DNA from: Octopus vulgaris
Taxonomy: Eukaryota
Assembly (NCBI GenBank): GCA_951406725.2
Contig: OX597837.1
Coordinates: 33,604,001-33,668,000 of the forward strand
DNA length: 64,000 bases
Reading direction: 5' to 3'
In this document: one piece after another, positions 63,796-64,000 of the stretch
Layout: each line of letters begins with the position of its first letter
Position numbering within the stretch: the stretch's first letter is position 1
Program-made: the position numbers and the translations under genes
Notes under the pieces: model-generated
What the model saw: only the letters and a program-made list of their open reading frames with translations
What the model was told of the DNA's origin: nothing
Databases searched by the model: none

Positions 63796-64000
63796 GATCT
63801 TCCCTCTAGAAATATAAATATTCTTTTGATTTTTTTTACTTTTTTTTTTTTCTTGGTACAACCCCCTAAAAAACATCCAGGTTTTTGATCTGGCCTGGAC
63901 ATGAATAGAAAGGTTGGGAATCACTGCTCTAGGCAGTCACTCAACATACTAGAAATAGCAGTTAAATCTTCCTCTCGAACAAAAGAAAAATACAAATGGA
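63796..64000 (-). repeat. Inverted duplicate of 57991-58186, running off the window end
   Basis: Reverse complement matches across a family E / hAT MITE junction. Confidence 0.88.

Overview
Eukaryotic (animal) non-coding DNA, very probably from an octopus or other coleoid cephalopod; this is inferred from the SINE repertoire and the extreme (TA/TG/ATT/GTA)n load. I find no host protein-coding exon. Almost every ORF in the track is a translation of microsatellites or SINEs. The only real protein homology is in three 3' remnants of CR1-type LINE ORF2 (44783-45148 +, and about 3860-4050 and 42089-42311 -). The window is a dense mosaic of tRNA-derived SINE families (my working labels A, B, C and CORE-head), an RTE-like 3'-end repeat (D), non-autonomous Helitrons and a Helentron-type element, piggyBac-type (TTAA) and hAT-type MITEs, Penelope-like inverted remnants, and several TE-derived tandem arrays. 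The best non-TE signal is a CpG-rich region at about 61.2-61.6 kb, with a consensus minus-strand splice donor and a 224-bp fold-back. It may be a promoter and first exon, which would make most of the window intron 1 of a minus-strand gene. Other highlights: a hammerhead ribozyme that can be rebuilt from the two inverted halves of a Penelope-like remnant, a 157-bp satellite made from a SINE 3' end, a 120-bp target-site duplication, a co-varying 3' stem-loop shared by SINE tails, and local direct and inverted duplications. All coordinates were read by eye and family names need database confirmation.
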